Source: Dudresnaya verticillata (lineage: Eukaryota). From it: DNA of 64,000 nt. The notes below the pieces were generated by a model. The model worked only from the letters and a program-made list of their open reading frames with translations. It was not told the DNA's origin and did no database searches. Every line of letters begins with the position of its first letter. The first letter of the stretch is position 1. Below, in pieces: positions 20,297 to 32,572 of this stretch. A program made the translations under genes and the position numbers. The DNA is taken from contig OZ374559.1 of NCBI GenBank assembly GCA_977862235.1, positions 2,914,001 to 2,978,000 on the forward strand. The letters run 5' to 3'.

Positions 20297-20772
20297 TGGA
20301 GTTGGCAGATGTGTCATTGTTATTGTATATTGTGTTTTCTGGTGGGACTGTGATGTAAAAAGAGAGAAACAGGTGTGTCGCTGGATAAAACAACTCTTTT
20401 TTGTTAGACCTTTAGGAAGCGGGTGAGATTTGTGCGTAGAAAGTAACCAAGGGAGAGAGGGAGAGAGCAGCATCCTTTTTGCTCAGAAGATTCACATTAA
20501 TGTAGCCGCCCACTAGTTTGTGTCAACCGCCTTTCCCGAAGCCGCCTGTGGACGTCCACTGCCATTGTTTATACCTTTTGACTTGGCAACTTGGGCATGA
20601 AATTCTATTCCTATGTCTGGTCATCAATATGTATGGCCGAGTTTTCCTGTCCTTGACCTCAACCTCAACGCATTGCGACCTTGCTGTCGAAAAAGGTACC
20701 TCCCCAGCCTCCGGGAAGCTTAATGTTACTCTCATCTGACTTCCTTAGCCCTTCAATGCGCGGCAGTTAATG

Positions 20773-21651
20773 TTAACGGTTGGGCTCTCTCCCCTCCGTT
20801 CTTGACCTTTTGTGTTTAGAAACGTATAGTCTCCTCATCAGCTCAACTTCTGATCCTCGCAAGTGTGGAAGACGAAGGCAGGATGGAAACAGCCGTGGAG
20901 GAGCTCTCCGCGAAGATGGTTCGAGACTTTTGGACCGCTGAAGATATTCATGCCTGCGGAAAAGATTATCATTGCTTCTTGTACGTCTTACTCTTTTCGA
21001 CTCTGGGTTGATAGATATCGTGAGGACAGAAAGACCCTGAAGGGCCGCATGTTTCCTTGGAATCCTAACGTTTGGGCATTCGCGCTCTATTAGAGCGTTC
21101 AGTTCGTAAAGCTCATCGATGATATCGGAACGTGGGTTCTTTCCCCTGGCAGCACGTGCCGATGCATAGTCCGCAAAAGAATTGGATAAGAACACGATCC
21201 CTTCATACCCGAAACGCCTGCATTGTTCAAGGACCTCGTTGCAAAGATGCAGAGGGCAGAATGGCATAAAAAGAATAGCACAAGTTCCCGCCGGAGGGGT
21301 CCTCATTCTGTTGGAGCAAGCGGGAACAACATTGAACCCTGCTCGTTGCGCGACTTGGATATCGTCCTGTTTGAATACCGGATCAGTGATCGTGCAAACA
21401 GAAAGTTGTCCCAGCATTTCTTTGACCAACAACGCACAAGCAAACTGAACCAACGAATTCTGAGCAGCGACGAACGAGCCGATTCCAAGACACTGGAGAG
21501 AGTATGGCCTTCTTCCTGCCTTGGCATGCTGGAGGTCGCGTTTGAGAATCGCCCACCAGCCTGATTTGCGAAGCTCTCGTTTGACTTCTTCGAGGCGCCT
21601 CGCAGTTCTTGTCGCCGTGGCTGACATGTGCCGAGGGTCAGTGCCCTTCAT
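20773..21651 (-). CDS. SRR1-domain protein; unit 3
   Basis: Protein identical to unit 1. Confidence 0.8.
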   Translation of the reverse strand: MKGTDPRHMSATATRTARRLEEVKRELRKSGWWAILKRDLQHAKAGRRPYSLQCLGIGSFVAAQNSLVQFACALLVKEMLGQLSVCTITDPVFKQDDIQVAQRAGFNVVPACSNRMRTPPAGTCAILFMPFCPLHLCNEVLEQCRRFGYEGIVFLSNSFADYASARAARGKNPRSDIIDELYELNALIERECPNVRIPRKHAALQGLSVLTISINPESKRVRRTRSNDNLFRRHEYLQRSKSLEPSSRRAPPRLFPSCLRLPHLRGSEVELMRRLYVSKHKRSRTEGREPNR

Positions 21652-23370
21652 TTCTGAATGTGTAGCGTGAACGGGGTGGTGATTTGGCAAGGCAAGAATT
21701 GACAATGTGCTCTACACAGGGCCGCGGCGTGGAAAGGTTGTAGGTGGGAGCAGTACGCAACTCGGAGTTCAGTGCAGACACGATAAATAGGTCGGGCGGG
21801 AACGCTCAGAGGGCGGTAAAATGCACTCGCAAGTTGCGTTTCGCGCCAAATACCGCCCAGAATTTCTCCACATGCCATTCTTAATAGTTTGTGAGATATT
21901 CCGAATGAGCAGCGAAGCAGCCTCCCAAGAATATTCTCCTCACTTAACGTAGCAAGTTCCAAGACGTCTTGATCACTGAATACAACGCCACGACCAAAGT
22001 GCTTCTACGCTGGACTGACAATAGTGTTAGTGGATAGAAAGCCCCCCTTAACTTGTTTCAGTTAGCATTAGTCGTCGCAATTATCCCATATCCCGTCTGA
22101 TGCGTTCTAGTGCTTTACCCCTCTCCCCTGTCCAGTCCACAGTCTCTCTTTCTAAATAAAGGTTGGTTCTAAAGGCATCTCTCTTCTAAATGAGATGGCC
22201 GAATCGAAGATGTGAGTTTATTGCAGTGGACGGGAGAGTGACGTCATGTATAATCACCTGATTATCTGCACCAAGAGGTGTGCAATGAAGTGATCCAGCC
22301 ACAGGAATCTCTTTTGAGGATGCTTACGGTACCTCGAACACCTCATTGTGACACTGAAAATCTTTACCTTTTCAACTCTGCACCGTCAAGAAGCCCACGA
22401 ATGTTGACAAGCAATCTCGAAAGCAACGGCTCAGTTTATTCCCAATAACAGTAGAAACAGACTCGTAAATAAGGCGAGTCTCTTAATGGGTGGGGAAGAT
22501 GCCGTTCTCCGCAGCGATGAAGTTCGCTAGTCGGTTTCCCTCCACTGTCAAAAGGGATAAGTGACTTTCATAATCTCAATAAATGGGTACAAGCTTCGCA
22601 AAACCTGATGCGCGTATAGTTCAAAGCGGCGACAAAATGGCTCGCAATGTGGCTATCACCATCGGGGGAAGTTCGAAGGGAATTTCGTACAGACGAAGAG
22701 AGTGATGGCCTGGTTCAGCTCGAGAGCCTGCATGGGGTGGAAATCGCCAGGAGCAGGTGAATATAAATGTTTACTCAACTTTAGAGTGTTTAGAGTGTAC
22801 TCGCCTCGTCCAGGAGCAGGTCGACGGGACAACCGAGTAGGGCCCTGAAATGAGTTTAGGTCACTAATACCCGCACATGGGCCTTCAAGTCGCCCCGCCC
22901 GATCGGGACCACCTAAAACAACCATTAAAAGTTTACCATCACTAAGCTTCACTACTAGGTCAAAGCGGAAGCGATAGTTGTTTTTTTGGTAGTGAGCGTA
23001 ATCCACCAGGAGAGGAAAATCAAAAACAAAGGGAGCAGCCACTAAAGTAAACCGTCGCACTGGATCTGGTCTTGCTGGTAGTGACATATCCTATTAGTAA
23101 GATGGACATGCAGGCAGGATGAATCAATGGAGAAGTGTGGTTGATGCTTTAGAAGAGAATTTGTTGCTGGAAACATGGAGGTACTTTGTATGTAAGTTTG
23201 TAAAATGATGCATTACAACCTCGAGAGTAGGAAGATTTGAATAAAGGGATAAAGGGATGAAGTGCTTGAAAAGCATAAAACGTTTTATACATTCGTCTGC
23301 ATTTTTGCTTACTTTATACAATTAGTGGCACAAGCAAAGGATGTTCATGTTATGTATTACTGCAGCAAGA

Positions 23371-23862
23371 CTAAGGACCTCCAGTCTCTTCCAGAATCAG
23401 AATGGCAATCTTGATCGCGATTATCAAGATCTTCAAGACCAGAATCCAAGGGAACCGCACCGCCTTGGCCAACAGTTCCATCCTTCCCATATTCTTGTCC
23501 AAGGATGTGACCTGTACGAGCTGTCGGAAGGTGCCCTTTAGATCGCTGTTGACGCAAGAAATCGAGCTCTGCACAAGAGATTTCAATTGCACCACGCCCT
23601 TGGACATAAATGGTTCGCAGAAAGCATTCGACACAAAGGCAGACCGTCCAAACACTTGAATACAAAGCGAATGGAGCTCCTTCGTCATCCTTCCGTTCTT
23701 GTAGATTATGTGACACATACATCCTGAAGAATGGATCATGGTGTCGCTTGAGCACGTGTTACTGAGAGCATGAGAAACTTCGGAGATTGGCTTGAGACTG
23801 ACAGCTGTGCAGGTGCCAATGATGGTGCACAGGATAGATGAGATGAGGAAGGATTTCTTCAT
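23371..23862 (-). CDS. Secreted precursor B; unit 3
   Basis: Protein identical to unit 1. Confidence 0.88.
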   Translation of the reverse strand: MKKSFLISSILCTIIGTCTAVSLKPISEVSHALSNTCSSDTMIHSSGCMCHIIYKNGRMTKELHSLCIQVFGRSAFVSNAFCEPFMSKGVVQLKSLVQSSISCVNSDLKGTFRQLVQVTSLDKNMGRMELLAKAVRFPWILVLKILIIAIKIAILILEETGGP

Positions 23863-24309
23863 CTTGTTGGTTGCTGTAGATGAACCCCGAATGGCAGATT
23901 GTGCGTATACGGATTGCGTATAGCAGTTGGTTTGTGTAACACAGACTTGACTTCTGGTTAGCACGACTTGGTTATGTGTGGGTGATCTCGGATTCTTTAG
24001 CCGATTGTAGAGACGATTTGTTGTGTTGGAGAGTTGCTTGTTCGCGTCGATTGCTGTTGGTTTCTGATCCTGATTGCAACCCCGGGTTGGGCGTGCTCTG
24101 TGGTTTTTATAGAAGAGGATCAAATGTTACGCTTGCACATGGTAGCAAGCCCCTGAAACTCAGGATCTAGGTCTAATGCATTCGACTACAAACAAACGCC
24201 TTTACCGTTCGCTCGGAAAGACTCACTTGTGCCTATGATTGTCGGCATTCATAATCGTAGCCACAGGATGAAACAATATTGAAAGTGCTTGCGCCAACAA
24301 CAGGCTCCC

Positions 24310-27300
24310 AATAAAGGAATGGTATTTGGATCAGTAGCAAGTTGGCAGTAGCAGCGGTATCAGAGGAACAGTAGATTTACAGAACAGAGTAGATCAGATT
24401 GTGTTGTGTAGATAAAATGTTGTCCTGTTGAGAGGGTAGAACAAGAGAGAACTAGGCGGTACTTATAGGCAGGCGAAGACTGCCTCTAAAACGTAAAACG
24501 ACCGTTGCCTAAACCAAGAAGAAAGTGCTCACTGAGAACCATTGTGAATACAACTACATAAAACATAAACATGGTTCGTCAGCATGAATACGACCGTAGA
24601 ATAGTATCTGCAGTATTAATACGACTGTAGATCCATTTCATCAGTATGCATACGACTGTAGAATGATTGCATCAGTATGCATACGACCGTAGGACAATTA
24701 ATGTTTTCATTCTCCTCCCGCTTTCTTAGCTGAGTCTAACCAGTGAACTGGTTTGAGTTGCGAAAGAGATTATCTGTGAAGTTCATGCTGAGCTCTCCAG
24801 AAAACATTGTCAGCTGTAAGGGTTGAACAAGCGGGCTGTTAGCCTTAGTGAGTGGATCTGCAAGGTTGGTCTTGCCAGGAATCCAGATGATGCGATTCAC
24901 TTTGTGCGTCTCAAACTCATATCGAATGACGCTGACATCTGCCCGAATAGAGCGATCAATGGAGTTGCGGCAGGTTGATAAAGTCTCATATAAATCCTTG
25001 GAGTCAAGAGCGACCATCAGGTCAACTTCAACGTCGAGAAGCGTCTTGTAGGCACTAACCAGAACTTTGCCTTCATCGATTGCTTCACCAGACGCTAGTA
25101 TTTCTGCAGCTCCAATAGATTTGACTGGTCTCTTTGACTTGTGTGAACACCATGAAAGTGTATGGAATATAGAACCCATTTCGAAGTCACCGATAAGTAG
25201 ACCTGATATGAAACCAAGCTGGCCATAGTCAGAACTTCGACTAGCGTCTGCAAACATCAGAACGGATAGAGGGTACTCTTTCTTATCTGCTGGTCGCTTG
25301 TACATGATGGTACTTCCAAGTTTTTGCAGCAGTCTCAAAGAGTTGATTTGAGAGATCATATCGTGTACAGTGGTTTGAGGTACCTTCTGCTGTAAATGAC
25401 TGGCATAGAAGGCACAGAATGGCGACGCGGCAATTCCAAGCCATCCAATCGAGCTGTTGACTGATCGGAAGGAACTAGTTTCGACAGCATTTAGAACTTC
25501 ATCTCCTTGCTTTCTTCTTTGTCGATCAATGGGGTAGCAGTTTAAGTTTTCCAACTTTTCATCAGCTTGTATCCTTATAGAGCATTCATCATCTTGAGCA
25601 ATGTGGAGGCCAAAGAAAAGGAACGAGCCCGGACCGTAAACAATTGTCCCGAGCTCATAGCGCTCCTGTATCTTTCCAATAGTTGACCGAACAGTTGACT
25701 GGTCACCAGCAAAGAGTACATCGTCCACAATTTTGACAGCAACGAGTTGCAATGAACCAATTGCGTCCTTCTTGTAAAACAACTGTGGAACATAAACGAG
25801 TTGGCGGAGACCGATCGATGTTAAGAAATTGTCACTTTGTTCCTGCCACTTAGCATTGGCGTTCACAAGACCATATGCTGCAGTCAGCAACAACCAATAG
25901 TGCTGCTTGTCGTCGCTTTCTCGTGGCGGAACGACATAGACGTCTCGCTTTGCTTCTCCTGTTTGCAGAAACGCGCTCTTAAAATCGATCTTGGCCAAGA
26001 ACCACTTGAACTGAGCAGCGAGGGACAGCAAAATGCGAATACCAGTTGGCGGACAGGTTGAAGAGTCTGTTTTCAACTGAAAGCGTTCTTTGTCCTTGTT
26101 ACCATGTGGCGCTATGCGTGCTTTCATTTTCATCGAGCCATCATCATTATTCTTAACTTTGTATATCACATGGCTTGTGATGACATTTGCATGCTTTGGG
26201 ATATCAGAAGCATGGACCATCTTGACTGTTTTCTTAAAGGCCTCTTCTTCTTTTTTGTAAGCATTTAACAATGGAAACGTTGGTAGCCCTTGAGCCTGGT
26301 AGCGCATAAAATCTTTGTGACCGAAGGCAAGAGTATACGACCCAAGAACCTCTTGCAGAGAACTTGTGAGCGTTTGATCTGGTATTTGTACGTTGTTGGT
26401 TGCTATTGCTTCATCCGAGCTATAGCGCCAGGTCTCATCCGATAACTTGAGACATTCTTTGTCACCATCATTGTAATCAATGTTGTACTGGTTGTCATCT
26501 TCGTTAATTGATGCCACTTTTCCAGTGTAGAACATATCGTCGAGGGGCCAATATACATCAATGACGTCACCAACGTTGGGGTGTGAGCTGAGAATATCTC
26601 CGTCATCGTTTTCGTATCCAACCTCCTCTATAGTGGTAGTCTCAAGCTCTTCATTTGATGCCACATCTTCTTTAGAACAGAGCTCATCAATGCTGTCATC
26701 CAGACTTTTGGAGAGAGCATCAATTGCTTCTTGGATGGAACTGCCTAGTGTATCCACAGGTAGGGCAGGACGGACATCTTCAACAGCTGCTTGGACTTGG
26801 CGTCCACGTTTTCCAGGAACTGAAATGGTTCCAGACGTTTTATCGAACGATAAAATCACCTTCGGAGATGACCACTTGCCGCGCTTGGCATTTTGTTCTT
26901 TGATATAAACTTGTACGGTATCTCCAACATTGAATGGTATATCAGCAGTTGACTTGGAGTGAAGGATGCGGGTTAATTTTCGCTTAGCCATGAGGTCATC
27001 GTGGGCCTTGGAAATTTCTTCAGGAACTTGTGCAGGAAATTCTCCGTATGTTATAGGTCTCGTATAGCCTTTCGCCAACTCATGAGCAGAACATACGTCA
27101 TTTCCGTACAGATCATTTGATATTCGTAGTGCCTGCTGCACTAGGAGTCTTTGGTGCTCAGCAGAGTCATTTGTACATCCTTCTTTCAGGCGTAGGTAGA
27201 TATCTCGAATAACTCTGTGCTTAGATTCAATGACATTTTTGTTGTGGCGACGCGGAGGTATAGGGCGAGTTTCAATGTCTTGACTTTTCAGATAATGTAT

Positions 27301-29583
27301 GAACTCGGTATTGTTGAACGCTTGGTCAAATAGAACACATTTGGGGGTCCAGAATGGTGTTATCCATAGAGATTCAAAACAATTAATAGCTTCCGTCATA
27401 GTCATAGTGCTTACAACATCGCCGGTCGAATATCTTGAAGCAGAGTCCATGAGATGAAACACGCGGTTCATATCAAGGTGGAAATGATCAATGCATACAA
27501 CGTCGTTAAAGTTCCTGCTCATGGAGCTTAGTGGGACCTTCCGGGTGTCTTTCGGTTGAGAAGTAGTTAAACAACTTGAGCATCTATCCAGGACACGGGA
27601 CAAATATTTCTGTACTTCAGCATTCCAAATTTTGTTTCGCTGGAGCAATATCTTGATATCAGAATAAGAAGAGTGTCCACAGACGTGTTGATGGACCTTA
27701 TCAACAATCTTCTTGATGTCTCCAAAGGGACGAGTGTCATGGTTTTGGTTGATCTGAGCAGTGGCACAATAGAACTTGTTCGTGACACGGGATGACAGGT
27801 CGGAACTGTTCGGTAGAAATACGTTATAGGGTATGTAACTGTGGAATCCATTGTCTTGGAGACCGATTGAATCTTCAGATGTTGGCATAACGAGCCTGTT
27901 ATCGCCAACATGAACAATGTCACAATGCTTCGTGACATTACGGCCGATAATCCATTGCGAGGAGCCTTCAATGATTAGGTGTCGGATAGACACCAGGTTG
28001 TTCTTATCAGTGCGAGCCATTAAAGTGACCGATCCGAGAATTCTCCTTGCCTCACTGGAGTGTTGCCCTGCACCGTATTGCCAAAAGGCACAAGACTGAA
28101 GCTGTTGGGGTATAGGGTCCAGATTGCCTTCCCAGTCCGGTAGGATAATGGGCTGCAGTATCATAAACTCGGACATCCCTAGACCACTGTACGGACCACC
28201 GTCATCAAGTAAGGGGCCTGTAAAGTCTTCGCTTATCTCATTGTGGGAATCGAGTAGATGACCCATGTTGAAGGTCATGGTTTTCTTCGGTGGTTGTGTG
28301 TTCGGTTTTGCATCAGAAGGAGCAGGATTATCAGTAGACTTGACTCCAGGCTTGAGTTTACCGTCATCTGTGTGATCAGAGTGCCAGTGTCCGAATTTGT
28401 GACACTTACGACATTTGCTGCGGCTTTTAAGATCTGCAAGCTGATCAGGTGTAAGCCTTCTGCGATTCCTTGGGAAGATCGGTCTTCTGAACTGAGTGTT
28501 CACAGCATTTGCAGACAGGGGACGAATATTCTCAGTCATGACTTGGTCACACTGCCTTAGAACAGAAGCTACTTTCTCGTATGAAACTGAATCGAGAAAA
28601 TCATCAGTTGTAGCTGTAGGAGCTATATTTGTGTTGTTCGAAGCTGCTGCAAGAACAGAAACTCTTTGACCGTTATCCACGGCAGAATTTGCAAGTAGCA
28701 TAAAAGCAGTAAGGGCTTCTGGGAGCTTTGTTGTACTGGAGCCAGCATTGAATCTGGAAACTTGAGCGTCGAATCTTGATTCGAAGTTTTTGTATGTCTC
28801 CGTGGTTCCGCGCTTGGTACTTAATAGGGCAATAAAGTTTTGGTAAACTTCACTGACAACCGAGAGTGCATCTCGTTTGTATACAGCATTCACCACAGCT
28901 TCTGAGCCAGTAGCAGATTGGATCTCAGTATCGGGAATGGATTTGCATAGATCTTTTGCTCTTCCATAAAGCTGGGACTGAAGCATTATACCACGAAGTT
29001 CCGTGGGTATCTTGTTTGAGTTAGAGTCTGGGAGCCTGTTATGGAAAGCATTCCATAAAGAAACAGATAGTGAGTACTCTTCTTGGTTGCCTTTGCCATC
29101 TGTCCAAGGAACATTTTTGATATCCCAAGAAAACCTTGGGCGAGTCGGCAGATACGCCGATGATGAGCCTGGGCCCATAAAAATAAAGGAATGGTATTTG
29201 GATCAGTAGCAAGTTGGCAGTAGCAGCGGTATCAGAGGAACAGTAGATTTACAGAACAGAGTAGATCAGATTGTGTTGTGTAGATAAAATGTTGTCCTGT
29301 TGAGAGGGTAGAACAAGAGAGAACTAGGCGGTACTTATAGGCAGGCGAAGACTGCCTCTAAAACGTAAAACGACCGTTGCCTAAACCAAGAAGAAAGTGC
29401 TCACTGAGAACCATTGTGAATACAACTACATAAAACATAAACATGGTTCGTCAGCATGAATACGACCGTAGAATAGTATCTGCAGTATTAATACGACTGT
29501 AGATCCATTTCATCAGTATGCATACGACTGTAGAATGATTGCATCAGTATGCATACGACCGTAGGACAATTAATGTTTTCATT
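24310..29583 (-). mobile_element. Intact Ty1/Copia LTR retrotransposon, copy 2 (LTRs 24310-24711 and 29182-29583)
   Basis: Same site, TSD CTCCC (24305-24309, 29584-29588). LTRs appear identical. Confidence 0.97.
24736..29178 (-). CDS. Copia gag-pol polyprotein; copy 2
   Basis: 1480 aa. Differs from copies 1 and 3 by KVSLS to KVPLS (SNP at 27534). Confidence 0.96.
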   Translation of the reverse strand: MGPGSSSAYLPTRPRFSWDIKNVPWTDGKGNQEEYSLSVSLWNAFHNRLPDSNSNKIPTELRGIMLQSQLYGRAKDLCKSIPDTEIQSATGSEAVVNAVYKRDALSVVSEVYQNFIALLSTKRGTTETYKNFESRFDAQVSRFNAGSSTTKLPEALTAFMLLANSAVDNGQRVSVLAAASNNTNIAPTATTDDFLDSVSYEKVASVLRQCDQVMTENIRPLSANAVNTQFRRPIFPRNRRRLTPDQLADLKSRSKCRKCHKFGHWHSDHTDDGKLKPGVKSTDNPAPSDAKPNTQPPKKTMTFNMGHLLDSHNEISEDFTGPLLDDGGPYSGLGMSEFMILQPIILPDWEGNLDPIPQQLQSCAFWQYGAGQHSSEARRILGSVTLMARTDKNNLVSIRHLIIEGSSQWIIGRNVTKHCDIVHVGDNRLVMPTSEDSIGLQDNGFHSYIPYNVFLPNSSDLSSRVTNKFYCATAQINQNHDTRPFGDIKKIVDKVHQHVCGHSSYSDIKILLQRNKIWNAEVQKYLSRVLDRCSSCLTTSQPKDTRKVPLSSMSRNFNDVVCIDHFHLDMNRVFHLMDSASRYSTGDVVSTMTMTEAINCFESLWITPFWTPKCVLFDQAFNNTEFIHYLKSQDIETRPIPPRRHNKNVIESKHRVIRDIYLRLKEGCTNDSAEHQRLLVQQALRISNDLYGNDVCSAHELAKGYTRPITYGEFPAQVPEEISKAHDDLMAKRKLTRILHSKSTADIPFNVGDTVQVYIKEQNAKRGKWSSPKVILSFDKTSGTISVPGKRGRQVQAAVEDVRPALPVDTLGSSIQEAIDALSKSLDDSIDELCSKEDVASNEELETTTIEEVGYENDDGDILSSHPNVGDVIDVYWPLDDMFYTGKVASINEDDNQYNIDYNDGDKECLKLSDETWRYSSDEAIATNNVQIPDQTLTSSLQEVLGSYTLAFGHKDFMRYQAQGLPTFPLLNAYKKEEEAFKKTVKMVHASDIPKHANVITSHVIYKVKNNDDGSMKMKARIAPHGNKDKERFQLKTDSSTCPPTGIRILLSLAAQFKWFLAKIDFKSAFLQTGEAKRDVYVVPPRESDDKQHYWLLLTAAYGLVNANAKWQEQSDNFLTSIGLRQLVYVPQLFYKKDAIGSLQLVAVKIVDDVLFAGDQSTVRSTIGKIQERYELGTIVYGPGSFLFFGLHIAQDDECSIRIQADEKLENLNCYPIDRQRRKQGDEVLNAVETSSFRSVNSSIGWLGIAASPFCAFYASHLQQKVPQTTVHDMISQINSLRLLQKLGSTIMYKRPADKKEYPLSVLMFADASRSSDYGQLGFISGLLIGDFEMGSIFHTLSWCSHKSKRPVKSIGAAEILASGEAIDEGKVLVSAYKTLLDVEVDLMVALDSKDLYETLSTCRNSIDRSIRADVSVIRYEFETHKVNRIIWIPGKTNLADPLTKANSPLVQPLQLTMFSGELSMNFTDNLFRNSNQFTG

Positions 29584-31565
29584 CTCCCTGCCTCACGTTT
29601 CACCTCGGCATCGCGCACAACGTTCACGTCTCCTTTTTTTGTTACAGCCGCCTCTCCTTCCGCCTCCCTACATCCTCCCCCTCTTTCTCGTTTGGCCTGC
29701 GTCGTGATGTTTTACTCTTTTACTGTGCCCGCTCGTGTCAGATCTGCCGATATTTGAGATCTTTCTGGGATACTGAGCGCAGGCAACACCGTTTCAGAGA
29801 ATGTGACTATGATGGCACAATGATACATTGGCACGCGTCCAATTGCAGCAGTTTGCTCCATTTTGCATTGTATGAGTTCGAGTGAGCAGCAATACCATGT
29901 ACCGTGTCTACCTTCTTCGGCCGGTACGGGCTCAATACTCTTCATAAACTATACGGCTGTGAAATGGCATCGTATTCAAATCAAACAGCACCGTACTGAG
30001 AGTGTGATGTGCGGAAAGCGAGTGGGGCAGTCTCGAGTCTTTCGAGCACACAAGTCACACCTGATACCGTGGCGGTGTTTGCTGCTGTACAACTTGCACT
30101 GTGAGCTTTCTCATTTCTCATTTCAGCTGCAATACAACTTCGCGAAGGTGCCAACGTTCGTGAAGGGGCATACTGTGTGAATATTGTGATAGTGTGTAGA
30201 AAGTCGGAAGGGGCTTTTATCAGTTCGTTTTTATGCTGCACGAGCTTGCGAACCTCGTTGGAGGCAGCCGTGAGAGTATAACAAAGCGAGTACTTTGACA
30301 AAGGTCGGTTTGATTCACGTCGTCGGATACATTGAAACTGTATGAAGTGCTTTGAAGGTTACGGAAACGTCAATAAGGCTTTGACTGTGCGGTAATGTGT
30401 GCCTGTGTGTGCTTTAGGTGCTCATATGTGCCATTCCGCTTTCTACGAGATGGTGGCTGAGCCAAGTGTTCCAAGGCCCCGGTCCACCTGCGGCTGTGCA
30501 AGTGGAGCAAGGCGTGACGGGAATGCAACATTCTGGAGCGAACAGGTGGCCTGGAGGCGGGCAACAAGAATATGCGGTCGTCCTTAGCAGCTCAGATGTG
30601 CAGAGATATAATGCAGTGAGATTGTGGTAATGTTATATTATTACTGTTACACCATTTGTTCCCTCTTTCCGGATTTATGTGTGGTCATAGCTTTGAAACG
30701 GCACAGCGTTCTAACAAGTGCAGGGAGCCTCGAGGTTAGAAAGGCCGCACATAGCGCATGATCGCATGATGGCTATTGACTCTACCTGCAGCGTCCAAGT
30801 GAATTGGCGGCAGAACGCTTGCTGGCGGCGGTGACGGAGAACGTGCGGTAGCAGTTGAAGCTACGAGATTTGTGTAACGTGTCAAGACAAAAGGTTCAGC
30901 TGCTGTGAACTGCAGCTACGAATGCCAAAGGCTATCACCGCATATCACTGCGTGTACATACTTGGACCGTCCTGTTGGAATATCTCGGAGATGTTTCCTA
31001 GTCTTTCACTCTTCCGCCGCACTCGTTGGCCGCTGGTGTTGTGCCTAAACTACCACCGCCAGTTGGCGTCGGGTGGGCGCTCGTTCCCCCTCTCATTTTA
31101 CTAGAGCGAGTGGCGCGCAACGCTTCTTCCCCGAGGTACATCTCACAACTTTTCTGCGGCTGTGTGCGTCTGCTGTTACGTTACGTTGGAACGGAACAAA
31201 GCGCTGTTCTGTTCTTGTTCTAGACTATAGTCGAGAATAGCCACATGCCATCGTGCTGTGTCACAGTGCGCCTCACAAAGTATGAAGTCAAGGTTTGCGA
31301 GGTCGTTGCGCCGAGATCGTGGCGATGCTGTATGAAGTTTACTTAAGGCTATATAAGTGCTGGGCGGCTCACCAAAGACTCAAACCACCTAAATCATTGC
31401 GGTACTTCTGCACAGCAGCAAAGCACACTCTATTCACTCACACACACATTCACACAGCATACTTTCCATCTGCACCCGCACCCTTCCAGAACAACTCCTC
31501 AACACATCAACACACCTTCTGTGCTACATTTCTATCCCGTTTACAAATCAACCCGCAACTCCAAC

Positions 31566-32096
31566 ATGAAGTTCACCACCTCTTGTTTCGCAATTTTCTT
31601 GCTCATCGCTGTCTACGAGACGTCAGCTAAAGCTGCCTCCATTGTTTCCACACACGACGCCGTCCCTCAAAAAATAGAGCTCCATGGATCTCGCACCACA
31701 ACTGGCGCATGCTCACACGACGACCTTCTTCAGACGGCAGGATGCATGTGCTACGTTGTACAATCAAAGGGGAAGATGACACGAGAACTTTCTTCATTGT
31801 GCACTGAAGTATTCGGGCGGTCCATTTTCTATTCGGAAAAGTACTGCGAGCCGTTCATGACCGGTGGCATGACCCAGTACATGTCATTAGTCAAGAGTGC
31901 AAATACCTGCCTCAGCACCAAACTCGCTGCATCACTCCGTCAACTGTCGCGTGGATCTAAACACGAGTCGACGTCTACGGCCTTGGAACCAGGGAACAAA
32001 ATGGAGCTGGAAGCGAGCGTGGTTCGTAAGTTCCCATGGAAGCTAGTACTGAAGATCTTGAAGATTGCGATCGAAATTATACTATTGTTCTTGTAG
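31566..32096 (+). CDS. Secreted precursor A; unit 4
   Basis: Protein identical to unit 1. Confidence 0.88.
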   Translation: MKFTTSCFAIFLLIAVYETSAKAASIVSTHDAVPQKIELHGSRTTTGACSHDDLLQTAGCMCYVVQSKGKMTRELSSLCTEVFGRSIFYSEKYCEPFMTGGMTQYMSLVKSANTCLSTKLAASLRQLSRGSKHESTSTALEPGNKMELEASVVRKFPWKLVLKILKIAIEIILLFL

Positions 32097-32572
32097 TGGA
32101 GTTGGCAGATGTGTCATTGTTATTGTATATTGTGTTTTCTGGTGGGACTGTGATGTAAAAAGAGAGAAACAGGTGTGTCGCTGGATAAAACAACTCTTTT
32201 TTGTTAGACCTTTAGGAAGCGGGTGAGATTTGTGCGTAGAAAGTAACCAAGGGAGAGAGGGAGAGAGCAGCATCCTTTTTGCTCAGAAGATTCACATTAA
32301 TGTAGCCGCCCACTAGTTTGTGTCAACCGCCTTTCCCGAAGCCGCCTGTGGACGTCCACTGCCATTGTTTATACCTTTTGACTTGGCAACTTGGGCATGA
32401 AATTCTATTCCTATGTCTGGTCATCAATATGTATGGCCGAGTTTTCCTGTCCTTGACCTCAACCTCAACGCATTGCGACCTTGCTGTCGAAAAAGGTACC
32501 TCCCCAGCCTCCGGGAAGCTTAATGTTACTCTCATCTGACTTCCTTAGCCCTTCAATGCGCGGCAGTTAATG

